In this document: positions 32,167-42,514 of the stretch, in pieces
Position numbering within the stretch: position 1 is the first letter of the stretch
Layout of the letters: each line of letters begins with the position of its first letter
Assembly: GCA_039698055.1 (NCBI GenBank)
Contig: JBDKTL010000008.1
Location: forward strand, 1-50,884
Direction of reading: 5' to 3'
Source of the DNA: Methanoregula sp.
GTDB lineage: Archaea; Halobacteriota; Methanomicrobia; Methanomicrobiales; Methanospirillaceae
Length of the DNA: 50,884 nucleotides
Notes under the pieces: model-generated
Told to the model about the DNA's origin: nothing
Databases searched by the model: none
The model's input: the letters and a program-made list of their open reading frames with translations, nothing else
Made by a program: the position numbers and the translations under genes

Positions 32167-32931
32167 TTATTCCAACAATGATGCAGCGAGCATTAATGCA
32201 TTGGTGTAATCCGGTGAGGCGCGCGAGGTATCCACGAAAATTCTGGGGATATTTACTACGGGCGCGCCATGTGCGTGCCCGGCTCCCAAAAAGGTGAGCG
32301 TACGGAAGATTAAGTTGCCGGAAATACCATCGGGAGCGATGATAAGTCCGCAGTTTTCAACGGCGTTCTCAATGAGGATCTCACAGTGCGTTGCACCGCC
32401 CAGCCGGGCCACAAGTTCGGCATCGGCAAGACTCCGGTCAACCATCTCATGCCTGCCGACATCCCCGAACCTGCCCCCCGAAAGGATGCCGACTCGTTCG
32501 GACAGGCCGAATTTCCGTGCAATGACCCGGCCCTTCCTGACCAGTTCCAGTTTGTCCTGCACGGTCCATCCCTCGTCGATCCCGACCGGGGAAAGCAGGA
32601 ATTTTTTCCCGTGTGCTGTTTCAAGAAGTGCGATTCGTTCAAGGTGATCGACACCTGCTGCGGTTTTTAATGCAGTTAACGTGGCGTTGGAGGGAAGTGT
32701 GCCCCGGACTGCCGCATCGATTTTCCCGGTCATCAGATCGGTGACAAGCGCCCGTTCCGGTTCGGCGTTTTCGTGCAGGACAACACCGTTTTTTGCAGAC
32801 CCCGGTTTTACCGTACCGGGCCTGCAATAGCCAATAACCTCAAACGCCCCTTTCACCGGGCCGGCGCTTGCGATAACTTTCTCTCCATCGTCGCCAATGC
32901 CAATGCCAATGCGTTTTACTGCTGCGGGCAT
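32167..32931 (-). CDS. mtxX: Methanogenesis marker protein 4 (MtxX family)
   Basis: DAAVRGTL, PVGIDEG, SGGR..D.GR, APDGISGNLIFRTL, FVDTSR. Confidence 0.88.
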   Translation of the reverse strand: MPAAVKRIGIGIGDDGEKVIASAGPVKGAFEVIGYCRPGTVKPGSAKNGVVLHENAEPERALVTDLMTGKIDAAVRGTLPSNATLTALKTAAGVDHLERIALLETAHGKKFLLSPVGIDEGWTVQDKLELVRKGRVIARKFGLSERVGILSGGRFGDVGRHEMVDRSLADAELVARLGGATHCEILIENAVENCGLIIAPDGISGNLIFRTLTFLGAGHAHGAPVVNIPRIFVDTSRASPDYTNALMLAASLLE

Positions 32932-33932
32932 TGGATATCCCCGGCGCGCAGGTGCATAATCCCGTTATCGATAAAATCAAAGACTTCCGCTTCGTTTCCC
33001 TCGTAACAGACGTTAAGTTTGTGGGAATCGTTTACGGTTCCTATCGCCTTTGCACGCATCCCGACGCGCTCAAACCGGCCGATCACATCCGCAACATGCT
33101 GTTCCTTGACCGTCAGGACAAATCCCATGCCGGGGTACATTTTTATCCACTGCTCAAAGGTCATGTTGTTTGATGCAAGGTCGGGTTTTGGGATGAGCCC
33201 GAGATCGATATCTGCACCCTTCCCGCTGACTTCGAGAAGCATTCCGATAGTGCCGATGATGCCCGGGTTGCTGATATCCTTACCGGACGTGACAAGGTGA
33301 TCCTTTCCGATCTCTTCCAAAACTGCGATCTGTGCCCTTACAACATCCGGGGATTTCATCGTCACCGAATCCCAGTTAAGGGCACAGGATGGGTGAACCC
33401 TGCCGGTGATATCGATTGCGGCAACCACACGATCGCCCGTCTGTGCCCGGTTGCTGTAGATGACCGAGTCAAGCCGGGCCGAACCAAGGATGGATACATC
33501 GATCACGCTGTACGGGGCATCAGGGTGCAGGTGCCCGCCGACAATCGGGACCCCGAACTGGGCGGACGCATCGTGCATTCCTTTGACCACCAGTTCGAGA
33601 ATCTTCGTGTTTTTTGACATGGAGAACACGTCGACCATCGCAATCGGCTTCCCGCCCATTGCAGCGATATCGTGAATATTGACAAGCACCGAGCAGTATC
33701 CTGCCCAATAGGGATCCGCCTCCATGAGTTTACTCCAGATCCCGTCCGCCGCAAGAAGAAGCGCTTCGCCGTTATGCTCGATCACCGCTGCATCTTCACC
33801 AAATGAAGCGACGACGTGTGGGGCCTCTATCCGTAAGCCTTTTACCATCTCGCCGATGGCATGTTTTCGCTTTACGCCTTCGTATTCCCGGACGACTTTT
33901 GCAATCGCCTCTGTGGAGCAGCTGTGAACCAC
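32916..33932 (-). CDS. Methanogenesis marker protein 2 (AIR synthase/PurM-like)
   Basis: FGEDAAV, NIHDIAAMGGKP, GGHLHPD, KDISNPGIIGT. Confidence 0.88.
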   Translation of the reverse strand: MVHSCSTEAIAKVVREYEGVKRKHAIGEMVKGLRIEAPHVVASFGEDAAVIEHNGEALLLAADGIWSKLMEADPYWAGYCSVLVNIHDIAAMGGKPIAMVDVFSMSKNTKILELVVKGMHDASAQFGVPIVGGHLHPDAPYSVIDVSILGSARLDSVIYSNRAQTGDRVVAAIDITGRVHPSCALNWDSVTMKSPDVVRAQIAVLEEIGKDHLVTSGKDISNPGIIGTIGMLLEVSGKGADIDLGLIPKPDLASNNMTFEQWIKMYPGMGFVLTVKEQHVADVIGRFERVGMRAKAIGTVNDSHKLNVCYEGNEAEVFDFIDNGIMHLRAGDIQCPQQ

Positions 33933-34027
33933 GCTATTTCACCTTGGATTGTATAGTGACAATATGTCGTTAGGGTATTTTAGTGTCATCAGAGATAATT
34001 TATTTGATATACGGTCAACGTGTTGGT

Positions 34028-35434
34028 ATGGACTGGGCAGAAAAATATCGTCCCGTACGCCTGCAGGACATCGTCGGCAATGCGACGGCAGTCCGCCAGA
34101 TGGCGGATTGGGCAAAAAACTGGACGAGCAGGTCAAAACCGCTCCTGCTGTACGGCAAGCCCGGTATCGGCAAGACGTCGAGCGCCTATGCGCTTGCCTC
34201 CGATATGGCATGGGACGTCATCGAACTCAACGCAAGCGATCAGCGGACGGCAGCAGTCATTGAGCGGATTGCCGGCGCCGGCAGCCAGACCGCGAGCCTG
34301 ACCGGGTCGTCACGAAAACTCATCATCATGGATGAGGCTGACAACCTTCAGGGAACCGCCGATCGCGGCGGTGCAAAAGCGATTATTGAATGCATAAAAA
34401 ATTCCCGGCAGCCCATCATCCTGATCGCAAACGACCTCTATGGCCTTTCCCCCGAGATCCGGCTCCGCTGTGAACCGGTCCAGTTCCGGGCGCTTCCCGC
34501 ACGTTCCATCGCGCCGCGCCTGAAATTCATCTGCTCGGCGGAGAAAATCACCTGTTCCGAGGCGGCAATCCACGGGATCGCAGAAAGTGCAGACGGCGAC
34601 GTGCGCTCGGCCGTGAACATGCTCTTTGCGGCGGCGATAGGGCGGGATAAGCTCAGTGACGAGCAGGTGCACACGTCGCAGAAGGATGAACGCGTGTCGA
34701 TCTTCTCGCTCGTCTCCGCGCTGTTTGGCAAGGCGTCGGATGAGGATATCATGCGGCTCTCGCGGGACGTGGACGATACGCCCGATGACGTCGAGCAGTG
34801 GGTGGAAGGAAGCGTTCACCTCATTCCCGATCCGGATTCTCTGGACCGGGCATACCGTCACCTCTCGCGGGCAGACGAGTACCTTGGTTACACCTACAGG
34901 CGCCAGTACCACATGCTCTGGCGGTATGCCACGGCAATCATGCTGCTTGGCGTTGCCGATGCGGCCGACGGGCGCGGCATCCATACCCGGATTATGCCTC
35001 CTGAACGCTGGCAGAAGATGTCGACGGCAAAGAAACAAAAAGCGATCCGGGCGATGGTGCTTGCCAAGCTTGCCGGCACCATGCACCTCCCGCAGAACAC
35101 CCTGCGTGAGAAATACCTTGGCATCATCTCGCTCCTTGTTGAATATGATCCTGAAACCTACACCCGCGAGCTGCAGTTCGATGCCGACCAGCTCAACTTT
35201 TTCCTCAACGATAAAGAGCGGTCCAGCGCCATCGTCAAAACGATTGCGCAGGAAGAGCGGGAGCGGGAGAAGGAACAGCAGAAAAAGTCAAAAGCAAAAA
35301 AACCCGTTGCCGTTACAGAAGGGCAAAAACAACCGGAACCTGTCCCGGCGCCGGTGGCGCAACCGTTACCGGAGAAGATGGTTGAGAAGAAACCGTCGTC
35401 CCATAATCAGTCCACGCTCTTTGACGGGTTCTGA
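34028..35434 (+). CDS. rfcL: Replication factor C large subunit
   Basis: [29 protein letters not shown]-terminal PIP-like QSTLFDGF. Confidence 0.95.
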   Translation: MDWAEKYRPVRLQDIVGNATAVRQMADWAKNWTSRSKPLLLYGKPGIGKTSSAYALASDMAWDVIELNASDQRTAAVIERIAGAGSQTASLTGSSRKLIIMDEADNLQGTADRGGAKAIIECIKNSRQPIILIANDLYGLSPEIRLRCEPVQFRALPARSIAPRLKFICSAEKITCSEAAIHGIAESADGDVRSAVNMLFAAAIGRDKLSDEQVHTSQKDERVSIFSLVSALFGKASDEDIMRLSRDVDDTPDDVEQWVEGSVHLIPDPDSLDRAYRHLSRADEYLGYTYRRQYHMLWRYATAIMLLGVADAADGRGIHTRIMPPERWQKMSTAKKQKAIRAMVLAKLAGTMHLPQNTLREKYLGIISLLVEYDPETYTRELQFDADQLNFFLNDKERSSAIVKTIAQEEREREKEQQKKSKAKKPVAVTEGQKQPEPVPAPVAQPLPEKMVEKKPSSHNQSTLFDGF

Positions 35435-35829
35435 CAACGGTAATACCGGTGCAGGATAACACCACAGTCGATGCGCTCCCCCCCGTTCCCGAACAATTCA
35501 AAGCCCAGATGGTAGACCACCAGATCGCAGTCCAGCCGCTGCGCCAGTGCAATGAGGGGTGGGATCATCTCCTCGGCCGGGCGGATTGCATAGATCGCAT
35601 CTGCACCGCTGTACCGAAAAAATTCCGGATCAAAAATATCGTCAACGAAAAAAGACAGCCAGTCCGGTTGTGGGAAATTTTTAACATCGGTTGCCCGGAT
35701 TTTGGCGCCGGCCTCAAAAAGTACCCGCGCGGCATCGGTGTTCTGCCCTATTCCGACTTCGACAACATCGTGGTACTGTGCGGCAATATATGCGCCGATA
35801 CTTTTCTCAATATGTTTATAGCCGCCCAT
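35407..35829 (-). CDS. UPF0146 family protein
   Basis: VVEVGIG, DDIFDP, IYAIRP; start ATG 35829. Confidence 0.85.
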   Translation of the reverse strand: MGGYKHIEKSIGAYIAAQYHDVVEVGIGQNTDAARVLFEAGAKIRATDVKNFPQPDWLSFFVDDIFDPEFFRYSGADAIYAIRPAEEMIPPLIALAQRLDCDLVVYHLGFELFGNGGERIDCGVILHRYYRCQNPSKSVD

Positions 35830-35845
35830 CCAATAGAATAAAGCG

Positions 35846-36391
35846 ATGCATATCCATATTTTTTGGGATCGGCTGTCCCCTGCGGGCCTGCAGGTGCCGG
35901 TTGCCCGAAATATCGCGGCGATCATCGGTGTCCCGGCGCGTGTTGAAGAAAACCCGGTACGTATTATGGGATATGTGGATGTGCGAAAACAGATTGATGC
36001 ACAGGCACAACTGGACCACCTTGCCGCATACAAGCACCGGCACGATCTTAAGGATCCCATCCTGCTCGTTCTTAACCAGGATATGTTCAATCCCGGCCAC
36101 AGTTTTGTTTTCGGCCTTGCCCGGGAATCGGTGGGGGTTGCCGTGGTCTCCACCGCCCGGCTCTCCAATGAATACTATGGTCTTATGGAAAACGACGACG
36201 ACCTGATTGACCGGACGACAAAAGAAGGTGCACATGAGGTTGGACACCTGCTGGGTCTTGGCCACTGCAAAAACCGGGAATGTATCATGTTCCGCCCCGA
36301 TACCCTCGACGAGCTTGACGGCAAGAAAAAAATGCTCTGCGATACCTGCCGGGATCTGCTGGAACAGAAACTCGGGCAGGACGCAGGATAA
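35846..36391 (+). CDS. amzA: Archaemetzincin family Zn metalloprotease
   Basis: FVFGLA, STARL, HEVGHLLGLGHC..CIM, LCDTC. Confidence 0.9.
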   Translation: MHIHIFWDRLSPAGLQVPVARNIAAIIGVPARVEENPVRIMGYVDVRKQIDAQAQLDHLAAYKHRHDLKDPILLVLNQDMFNPGHSFVFGLARESVGVAVVSTARLSNEYYGLMENDDDLIDRTTKEGAHEVGHLLGLGHCKNRECIMFRPDTLDELDGKKKMLCDTCRDLLEQKLGQDAG

Positions 36392-36403
36392 TCGTTTACC
36401 CTT

Positions 36404-37009
36404 TTAAGAACCGTGCCGGGATGCCCCGGTTTCCCCCGGACTTAAAGCAGGTAATGGCAGGATATCGACTTCCATTTTGCTGATCTTCTCGTAAAGTTTC
36501 TTTTTTCTGACGATCGGCCAGAGTTCATAGAGGAGCACCGTGACCGGTTCCCACATAGCGGCCCAACCGGTGATCATGAGAGCATCTGCGATCACGAGGA
36601 GGATTACCGAATTACTGATGCTCAGGAGATACTGGCCGCCAATAAGGCTTAAGAAGAGAAACGAAAGCCCGATGATCAGGGCGAACCTGCCGTATTTTAT
36701 CCGGTTGCGGAGCCTGCGCTCGGTAACAAGCATCCGGTACTGGAAGTGATTATGTACTGCGGGGACTATCTTTTTTGCCTGTTCGGTCGAAGCGAGGTCC
36801 GGCGGCAGGTAGATTGCCATCCTGAATTGTGTCTTTGAGGGAAAATCCTCAACCGTGTCGATAATATATTTCTCCGCTTCAGCATCGAGTTCTTTTTCAC
36901 GAAACGGTGCAGGATCAAAAGAGTTGAAGAGCTGGACAATTGACGAGAGCTTGATCTCGATGAGGATCTTTCCCTCCACCTTTTTATATGACGATTCTAT
37001 ATCCTGCAT
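36404..37009 (-). CDS. Conserved-looking hypothetical protein with two TM helices
   Basis: QLFNSFDPAPFREKELD, GWAAMWEP; SD-like GAGG before ATG 37009. Confidence 0.7.
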   Translation of the reverse strand: MQDIESSYKKVEGKILIEIKLSSIVQLFNSFDPAPFREKELDAEAEKYIIDTVEDFPSKTQFRMAIYLPPDLASTEQAKKIVPAVHNHFQYRMLVTERRLRNRIKYGRFALIIGLSFLFLSLIGGQYLLSISNSVILLVIADALMITGWAAMWEPVTVLLYELWPIVRKKKLYEKISKMEVDILPLPALSPGETGASRHGS

Positions 37010-37108
37010 CTGTGGTTCCTCTACCTCATATGCAACGGCATGACCCATAAAACTGTTTTTATCCGGGTAGGGAACTGGCCAAAGATGAACCGGCGCGGTT
37101 TTTCTCAT

Positions 37109-37447
37109 TTATTGCCCGCTGGTGTTCTGCCGGATTGCTTCGAGCGCCTCCTGGATAATGTCCTGCGTCTCATCGTCTGCTGTGCGGTACAGCAAGCGAA
37201 GGGGGGCAATTGCCCTTGGGTCGCCAATTGCACCCAGTGCCCAGACTGCCTTGAGCCGTACCCGAACATCTTCATCGGCAAGAGCAAGAATCAGCGGTTC
37301 TATGCCCCGTGCATCCCGGAGCCGGCCAAGGGAGAGTGCCGCATTCCACCGGTTGCCCGGATTATCGTCAGTGAGCCTGGAAAGATAAAATGCCAGCCGC
37401 GCTTCTCCATCCGGCTCTCCGGATTCATCGGTTTCGTCGGTCGTCAT
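37109..37447 (-). CDS. HEAT/PBS-lyase repeat protein
   Basis: RWNAALSLG, VRLKAVWALGAIGDPRAI. Confidence 0.85.
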   Translation of the reverse strand: MTTDETDESGEPDGEARLAFYLSRLTDDNPGNRWNAALSLGRLRDARGIEPLILALADEDVRVRLKAVWALGAIGDPRAIAPLRLLYRTADDETQDIIQEALEAIRQNTSGQ

Positions 37448-37872
37448 GTGACCGTGATCACGTACGTGGCGCCGCCATGGCTCGCGTCGCCGTAATTATA
37501 CTTGCCCGGGGCCGTGAAGGTATAGGAAAAGGTCTGGTTGGTCTGGAGCGTGCCTGAATCGAACAGCTGTTTTTCATAGTTCGGGGCGAGATGGGTGACG
37601 GTATGGGTGACCGGATCTTCGTTTTTCCAGATGACGGTTGTTCCGGTTTTTATATTCAAAAGTTCAGGATCGAAATGGTTGTCCCGGATCCTCACGTATA
37701 CCGTTCCACCATTGCCGGCTGCCGTGCCGGTGCCGGAACTGCCCGCACCATTGACCTGTCCGGATGCCGGCGAAGCTGAACCGGTGGTTTGCGCAGGCGA
37801 AGATTGTACAGTACATCCGGCAACGAGAATCCCCATAAGCAGGAAAACAACGAGAATGAAAAATACTCTCAT
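37444..37872 (-). CDS. Cupredoxin-fold lipoprotein
   Basis: Lipobox VAGC; FDPELLNIKTGTTVIWKNED..HTVT, FDSGTL, FSYTFTAPGKYNY. Confidence 0.82.
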   Translation of the reverse strand: MRVFFILVVFLLMGILVAGCTVQSSPAQTTGSASPASGQVNGAGSSGTGTAAGNGGTVYVRIRDNHFDPELLNIKTGTTVIWKNEDPVTHTVTHLAPNYEKQLFDSGTLQTNQTFSYTFTAPGKYNYGDASHGGATYVITVT

Positions 37873-37930
37873 AAGAAAATGGGAGTGATATAAAACGATA
37901 AAAATGATTCGATTTTATTGTGTGCCCGGG

Positions 37931-38470
37931 TTACTCCCGGTCTTTTATGTAGAGGATGCCCTCGGGCTCCTTGTAATCGGTTTTAATGACAATGGTATTT
38001 GATATCCGGTTAAATACCCGGAGTTTTGTTCCCGACATTCCCAGCCATCCAATCAGGCAGTCAAACGGCAGGAGGAATGCCTTGCCAAAACTTTCCAACG
38101 CGGCAGCACCGTAATGGATCTTTGTCCCGTCACGGTTCACAACCCGGATATTCATCACCATCTTGCCGATGGACTGGCCCTTGTAACTCTCGGTAACGGT
38201 CCAGTAGAGGAAGAAAAAGATGCTCTGGAAACCGATCTCAAAGAGTCCCCAGTGCTGATAGTCCCAGAGGAAGTGGATTGTCCATATGGGTTCGAGAATG
38301 CCACGCACGATATTTAAAAAGAGAATCACCAGGATGACGTCAATAAGCCATGCCCATAAACGGGTCAGCCACTTTGCGAGGTGGAGGGTTTTTCCGGTGT
38401 CCTGCCGAATACACACAGGTTCGGGTTCAGGTTGTGGAACAGGTTCGGTTCCGGTACTATCATTTTCCAT
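37931..38470 (-). CDS. RDD family membrane protein
   Basis: RLWAWLID, GQSIGK, TM segments. Confidence 0.85.
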   Translation of the reverse strand: MENDSTGTEPVPQPEPEPVCIRQDTGKTLHLAKWLTRLWAWLIDVILVILFLNIVRGILEPIWTIHFLWDYQHWGLFEIGFQSIFFFLYWTVTESYKGQSIGKMVMNIRVVNRDGTKIHYGAAALESFGKAFLLPFDCLIGWLGMSGTKLRVFNRISNTIVIKTDYKEPEGILYIKDRE

Positions 38471-38818
38471 TTCAGAAATATCATGTGCAGTGGTACTGAA
38501 TGAAGTTAACTCTTCACGCAGGTGCAGTATATTAATGGGCTTATGAAAATCCGGTCATTATTCCCGGTAGATCAAGCGTGAAATATTTTTTTATATTCCT
38601 GAAAAAGGAGCGGTGCGGTATGTGTGTATCCGTTTCAGGAATGATTGCTTCCTCTTGTGCAACGCTGTCCGGTTAAATACACAAGTCTTTTTTTTTTAAA
38701 TCCGGATTGCCTGCACAGAGTTTTTTTAATTTTCCGCAGTAATTTTGGCAGAACAAAGTATTTTATCTCGCAGTCAGTAACATAAAAAAAATAACACAGG
38801 CATGAGGGAAAGACTGAC

Positions 38819-39949
38819 ATGACAGACGCGGTCATTACCGAATTTGCAGGAATGCGTGGGGGATCGGCTACCCGGATCTACCAGTACACCCGTGAGGGCA
38901 TCCGGGTTCTCAATGGCAGGCGGGTTCTCAAACGGCTGTACCTGTTTGATCCATCTTCAAACATGATGATGGAGCGCGATACCAGCCGGCAGGACAAAGT
39001 TCTCCGGCGGTTCGTGTTTGACGATTACGGGATGCTTGAAGAGTCATTTTCGTTCGGGCTGCCGCCCCGGACTTTCCGGTACGAGAACGGCGGCCGGCAG
39101 ATTGTCATGCGGGAAGGCGGGGACTATGGGGCAGTCGGGAAGACCTACACGTTTGAAGATAACGGGATTTCCGAAACTGCGTATGGACGCAACGGCGAGA
39201 TCGAGCGGGTCTTTGTGTTTGCGCCCGGCAATGATACGATACTTATCCGCAGGGGCGGCTGGTACGGCGATGTCGATCGGACGCTGGTGTTTGAAGGCAT
39301 TGCAACGTCGCTGTTCCGCGAGCCCGAGGCATTTCTCCAGTTCCTGATGTTCACCGAGCAGAGCCACGATGAGCAGGAGGCGGACGTGCAGGAGCAGGTG
39401 GCAAAGATACGTGGCGAAGCACCGGCCGCACCGGGCCGGAGCAGGTTTGCATATACTGGTCCACGACATGCGTCTGACGATGCCGGACGAGCAGACGGGA
39501 TTGCCGGGTCGCGTTCTCCGGCCCGGCCTGACCTGCGATCCGGCGCTCGTCCTGCCGAATCCCCGGCCCGGCGCCCTTCGATGCAGGCCGGCGATTCATT
39601 GGATGCCGGTATCGATTTCATTCCTGAAGGGGATCTGGCCCCCCGGCGCATACCGTCCGGCAACCCTGCGGCACGCGACCGGAGCGGTGGGATCCCGTTC
39701 GAGGAGCGCTGGCAGAGTGCACAGCCGGATGGCGAAAAACTTAACCAGGGCGGGAGCAGCCGGATCTCGCTGGATGAGCGCTTCCAGAGCTCCCGCGACG
39801 AAGACCGGACTCTTTCTGAAGGGAGGAGCGCCCGGATCCCGCTCGAAGAACGTTTCCAGAGTGCAGAGCAGGATAAGGAAGAACTTACACCGGGGAGAAG
39901 TACCCGCATTTCGTACGAGGAGCGTAAGACCGGGAGAAGGCTGCCGTAG
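38819..39949 (+). CDS. Hypothetical protein with beta-hairpin repeats and C-terminal tandem repeats
   Basis: 376-aa ORF; repeated (R/K)xF/YxFD/E units; four S..I(P/S).(E/D)ER repeats. Confidence 0.7.
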   Translation: MTDAVITEFAGMRGGSATRIYQYTREGIRVLNGRRVLKRLYLFDPSSNMMMERDTSRQDKVLRRFVFDDYGMLEESFSFGLPPRTFRYENGGRQIVMREGGDYGAVGKTYTFEDNGISETAYGRNGEIERVFVFAPGNDTILIRRGGWYGDVDRTLVFEGIATSLFREPEAFLQFLMFTEQSHDEQEADVQEQVAKIRGEAPAAPGRSRFAYTGPRHASDDAGRADGIAGSRSPARPDLRSGARPAESPARRPSMQAGDSLDAGIDFIPEGDLAPRRIPSGNPAARDRSGGIPFEERWQSAQPDGEKLNQGGSSRISLDERFQSSRDEDRTLSEGRSARIPLEERFQSAEQDKEELTPGRSTRISYEERKTGRRLP

Positions 39950-40098
39950 GCCCCCGGGTGCTTGTGGGGAAAGGTAAAGATCTCCTCCTCATAGATGAAC
40001 AATTTTTAAAAAGGAAATAATTTTTTTCGCTCCAGACATTCCTGGAAAGCCCTGGTATCCGATGCAGCCCCGATAAAAAAAAAGGTGATAGCCGCGTT

Positions 40099-40281
40099 TC
40101 AGTCGCACCGGAGCTTCCCGGCTTTTCCGATATTTTCAAGATCATGTTCATCGATCATGATCGTGACAATTTCCGGATCGACATTGAGTGTCGAAACAAG
40201 GGTATTGGTGAACTCTTTGACAATCCTGCGTTTCTGTTCGGTGGTAGATCCTTTTTTCATTTTTATGATTACAACGGGCAT
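40099..40281 (-). CDS. 4-oxalocrotonate tautomerase family protein
   Basis: N-terminal catalytic Pro (MPVVII), EQKRRIV, IDE..N.GKAG; 60 aa. Confidence 0.88.
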   Translation of the reverse strand: MPVVIIKMKKGSTTEQKRRIVKEFTNTLVSTLNVDPEIVTIMIDEHDLENIGKAGKLRCD

Positions 40282-40825
40282 GTGATGTCCTCCTTTTTGT
40301 ATACCAATATTTTCGCGGCGAAGTATTTAGACGCGGGGTTTGGACCGGTTGTCAGGACCCGGGTACCCCGTTTTTTCCCCACCCGGTTCTGCCCGTTCCG
40401 TGTCCCGACAGTCTTACGGGGCATTTAAATTCGCCGGTTTCTCATTTTTGGAATTTATTCAGCCAGACCCATCACCTTCTGCATTCCATGCTGGTATGTC
40501 AGCGTAACCCCTTCTGACACCGGAGGAGCCCATGAGAGCCCCTCCGTAGTTTCCGGTTCTGGTGAACCATTGGGCAAACGGGAAAAGGAGAACAGAGTAA
40601 CAAAAACAAAAACGACCTGAGGGTACATTTTTGGTACTCCAAAAAAATGGAACAGTGCACCCGGATTGTTATAAAAATCCTGCAAAACTCTCCGTTTTCC
40701 TTTCCGGCCGGTTCATAATAAAAGCCCATTATCTATCCGAACCAAAGTCCCGGATGTCAAAGGGGCCCCGATGACAAGAACGTTCGGAGAACTCTGATGA
40801 GTTCCTCTCATCCTTCCCGGTTCTG

Positions 40826-41260
40826 GTGAACCATAAGGAAAATGGAGGTATCACAACGACAGAAAAAAATTCAACCACCAACGAGAACCAGCCGGCCCCT
40901 GTCGGGTCCGGTGAACCGGGAACCGGCCCGGAATCCCCGGAAGTTCAGGAACAACGGATGGCGCCCCGTAAAAGTCCCACACCACGGCTTGTTGAACGGG
41001 CGACTGCCCTGAGGGGGCAGCACATCGGGCGGCCGCCGGAACCAAAAAGCGTACGCCGGCGCCGGACGCACGACGACATCTACGAAAAGGGTCCCGAGAT
41101 CCCGTACGTGAAGTTCGAGGCCGCGGCCCGCGACCTTGTCTGTTCCCTCATGGAGCGGCAGGACCGGATGAACGAGGAGATCTTTCTCAGGATCAACGAC
41201 CTTGGCTACCGGCTTGATGCACTCGAAGAGGCCCGGAAGGGGAAAGGAGGCGGGAAGTGA
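40826..41260 (+). CDS. Hypothetical protein (disordered N-terminus, coiled-coil C-terminus)
   Basis: ORF coupled to the next gene by a GTGA overlap; start uncertain. Confidence 0.55.
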   Translation: MNHKENGGITTTEKNSTTNENQPAPVGSGEPGTGPESPEVQEQRMAPRKSPTPRLVERATALRGQHIGRPPEPKSVRRRRTHDDIYEKGPEIPYVKFEAAARDLVCSLMERQDRMNEEIFLRINDLGYRLDALEEARKGKGGGK

Positions 41261-41667
41261 CCCGGGGCCGGCGCCCGCTCAGTGCCCTTGATGAAGCCGT
41301 GGAGATCGCCGGCCGGCGCGGGAGCGTTGAGGACGTAACCGGCAAACGCTACCGGGCATTCGATTTCCTCATCATCGAACCGTTCCGGGTCGTATTCGTG
41401 AAGGTGAAGCGTTCGCAGACCTCGTTTACGTACCCCTTGGAAGTTTTGTGCAAATACCGGCGGGAGATCGCGAGCCTTCACCGCATGGCCTTAACCTCCG
41501 TGACGGCCCGGGAGTTCTGGGCCCGGGCCCCGGCCGGGGAATGGCAGTTCTTCCTGGTCCGGCACGATTCCATTCTGGAGATCCGGGCCGATGGCACGTA
41601 TATCCCCCGTGAATCCATTCCGGTGAATGCGGCAGACCTGTCCGGCACACCTGATGAGGGGGAGTAA
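41257..41667 (+). CDS. Hypothetical protein, Hjc/PD-(D/E)xK nuclease-like
   Basis: LDEAVEIAGRRG...FDFLII...VFVKVKRS resembles the archaeal Hjc core, with K in place of the E of ExK. Confidence 0.55.
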   Translation: MTRGRRPLSALDEAVEIAGRRGSVEDVTGKRYRAFDFLIIEPFRVVFVKVKRSQTSFTYPLEVLCKYRREIASLHRMALTSVTAREFWARAPAGEWQFFLVRHDSILEIRADGTYIPRESIPVNAADLSGTPDEGE

Positions 41668-41712
41668 CTCACTTTTTTCGGCATCCCCTTGGGAGGGTAT
41701 CCCGAAATGGTC

Positions 41713-41917
41713 GATCCAAGGCCTTATCGGCCTCCGTTTCCCCATTTTTTGACCAACTTCTGCAAAAAACGGTACACTTTTGCTCACTTTTTCCGGATAT
41801 GCCCGTTTTTTGGGGATTCAGGCCAAACGGGGCATGTTGCGTGGCGCTGTAAAACGCTAATGTACGCTATTGGAAGGCAAAAGTCAAGGGGGGTGGGGGG
41901 GTAGCATGGTTGCGGTG
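41713..41917 (+). repeat. Long (~200 bp) intergenic repeat, copy 1
   Basis: Highly similar to 47125-47329 and 50398-50586; invariant 30-mer cgtggcgctgtaaaacgctaatgtacgcta at 41840-41869. Confidence 0.95.
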
Positions 41918-42040
41918 GGGCGGTCGGTAATCTCCGGTACTGGCAGCGAGACTGATATTTCAGGAAAACGAACTGAAGAGACTACCTTCATGAGATGTAA
42001 CCACAATATATCTTCACTACAAAAATTACCGGTGGGATCT

Positions 42041-42478
42041 ATGGCAGACGGACAAGATTATTTTTTAATCCTTCTCATCCTGTCGGTGCTGCTGAATTTC
42101 TTATTCCCTGTTCCGGCGTTCCTTTCCCCTCCCTTCACGTATTTCGGGATTCTCATCATCGGCTTTGGTTTTGTCCTGGCTCTCTGGAGCCGTTCATTAT
42201 TTCTCAGAAATTCAACAACCCTTCAGCCGTCTGAAGAACCAACGGCACTCGTGACCTCAGGCCCGTTTCGTATAAGCCGTAACCCGATATACCTGGGAAT
42301 GGCATCAATCCTCTTCGGTGTCGCAGTAGTGCTGGGAACTCTTGTTGCCTTTGCATTTCCCGTCATTTTCGTTATGTTGATCGAATTTTTTATTATTCCG
42401 GGTGAAGAGCGGAAGATGGAAAAAATATTTGGAGAACCGTACTGGGTGTATAAAAAACGCGTCCGGAGGTGGATATAA
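42041..42478 (+). CDS. Isoprenylcysteine carboxyl methyltransferase/PEMT family membrane protein
   Basis: LVTSGPFRISRNPIYLG, EERKMEKIFGEPY..YKKRVRRWI. Confidence 0.88.
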   Translation: MADGQDYFLILLILSVLLNFLFPVPAFLSPPFTYFGILIIGFGFVLALWSRSLFLRNSTTLQPSEEPTALVTSGPFRISRNPIYLGMASILFGVAVVLGTLVAFAFPVIFVMLIEFFIIPGEERKMEKIFGEPYWVYKKRVRRWI

Positions 42479-42514
42479 TCCCATGCCATCGTGATGCAGC
42501 ATAAAGCATGGTGT

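Noticed and set aside
35830-36168. N-terminal extension of the UPF0146 ORF (253 aa)
   Set aside because: It is antisense to the archaemetzincin gene; the family-like sequence starts at ATG 35829
41491-41904. ORFs read through the long repeat (MSKSVPFFAEV..., ...WRCKTLMYA...; also 46996-47264 and 50288-50565)
   Set aside because: Starts, stops and frames are not conserved among the three copies; their similarity just reflects the DNA repeat
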